From: Podarcis tiliguerta
Taxonomy: Eukaryota
Assembly (NCBI GenBank): GCA_965153285.1
Contig: OZ229117.1
Length of the DNA stretch: 64,000 nt
Strand: one strand, 5' to 3'
Shown: positions 62,817 to 64,000 of the stretch, piece by piece
Layout: every line of letters starts with the position of its first letter
Position numbering within the stretch: position 1 is the first letter of the stretch
Notes under the pieces: generated by a model
Seen by the model: the letters and a program-made list of their open reading frames with translations, nothing else
The model's database searches: none
What the model was told of the DNA's origin: nothing
Made by a program: the position numbers and the translations under genes

Positions 62817-63238
62817 ATCAGTTTCTCACAGTCTCAATCTTAAGTCTGATCCTCCACATTTCCATAGCAGCCAGCTTATTATTTTTCAAAAAAATGTTCT
62901 CATGAAAATTTGTCAGCATTTTAGCATGAATTTCTCATGATGTACACATTTTTTGCATGCAATATTTCTTAGCATATACATTTTTTCAAAGCAATTTCCC
63001 CAAACTTAATACATTTTTCTATGTTATTTTCACTAATCTATGCATTTCTATGCACACTTTACCTGAGTATACCCATCCTTTGTACATGTTACTTGGTTGG
63101 AGAACTGCACTGGAAAATTTGATGAACTCAACATTTCAAATGATGGTTGCGTTTCGGTTTACGTATTGTCTCGAAAAGTCCAAATTTAGCAAGTTTGCCT
63201 TTTAATGCAAACGGAATCATATCTCTCTCCCATCCCTG
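62817..63238 (-). mobile_element. hAT-like family A copy
   Basis: Reverse match to 1691-2122; ends CATCCCTG. Confidence 0.6.
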
Positions 63239-64000
63239 ATAAAGAGGCAACAATAACTATTCAACCTTTGCAGGGTAGAATAACAGCATCATCAGTATTG
63301 TGATTGGGGACACATTTTTTACTGTCCCTATTTTGTTTTCAATTGGCATTTATTGGCTGGGTCATGTACATGCAGAACTGTATTCAGTCATGGTTCTGCT
63401 GAGATAAGCTATATGCCCCACAGAAGGGAGGAATGGGTGGTGTGCCCATAAATCTTTGATCATTTGGAAGGGAAACCACAGTAACAAAACTGGGAAGGAA
63501 ACATTTCCTAGCAGAATCTGGAAGCGTACAGGAAAATGTCAACAGCTGATCTGCACGGACTCTTATTACAGGCCAAGTACATGTCACTATTCAGTTTTGC
63601 TAAGCCCTTTCTTCCATGTATATATGCATATGCCAGAAGCATGCAATGTATTAACCAGGGATTCAAGTTACCAATACTCTTCTTCCCAAAGAAGGCGGGG
63701 AGGAGGACAAAAGGAAAGGAATAGCCTGCAATCAAGTTGTACCTCCTTAGTCTATGCAATAAATTACTGTAGAGCCTCATCAATCATTAACTTAGCTAGA
63801 ATGTACCACTTTGTGACAAACAAAATGCAGACATTGTTGAACGAGCTGTTTACAATAAAAGGTTACATATTAAAATGCACTATAATCATAGCCTTCTGCA
63901 AACACTCTTCAAGGAGGCAATCCAGAGGTTTCTGGCTTTATAATGATGTGGGTTGACAATGTTCAATGGAAAGTGCCACATTTTAACAAGGCCAATGTAT

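Overview
Vertebrate genomic DNA from a squamate reptile, probably a lacertid lizard judging by the Sauria SINEs and other repeats. The only host protein-coding gene is the large-Maf bZIP factor MAF (c-Maf) on the minus strand: CDS 15905-17029, 374 aa, intronless short form. It has a TATA/CRE/CCAAT promoter at ~17.9-18.1 kb, a ~860-nt leader with four uORFs and a ~2.3-kb 3'UTR containing a tandem duplication. The rest is gene desert with many transposon copies: hAT and Tc1/mariner-type MITEs, Sauria, MIR-like and tRNA-derived SINEs, and CR1, L2, BovB and Penelope fragments. The most notable accessory structure is a young ~4-kb L2 LINE (43278-47329, minus). Its single EN-RT ORF is broken by one 1-bp deletion, no ORF1 is visible, it ends in a cUUCGg hairpin, and it begins with a tandem array of 107-121-bp GC-box monomers reminiscent of rodent L1 promoter monomers. 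Other highlights are an in-frame uORF plus a 108-codon open extension upstream of the MAF ATG, a dense cluster of palindromic MITEs in a CpG-rich domain 3' of MAF, and a Bov-A-like BovB deletion derivative. Repeat family names are from recognition, not database searches; boundaries of degraded repeats are approximate.
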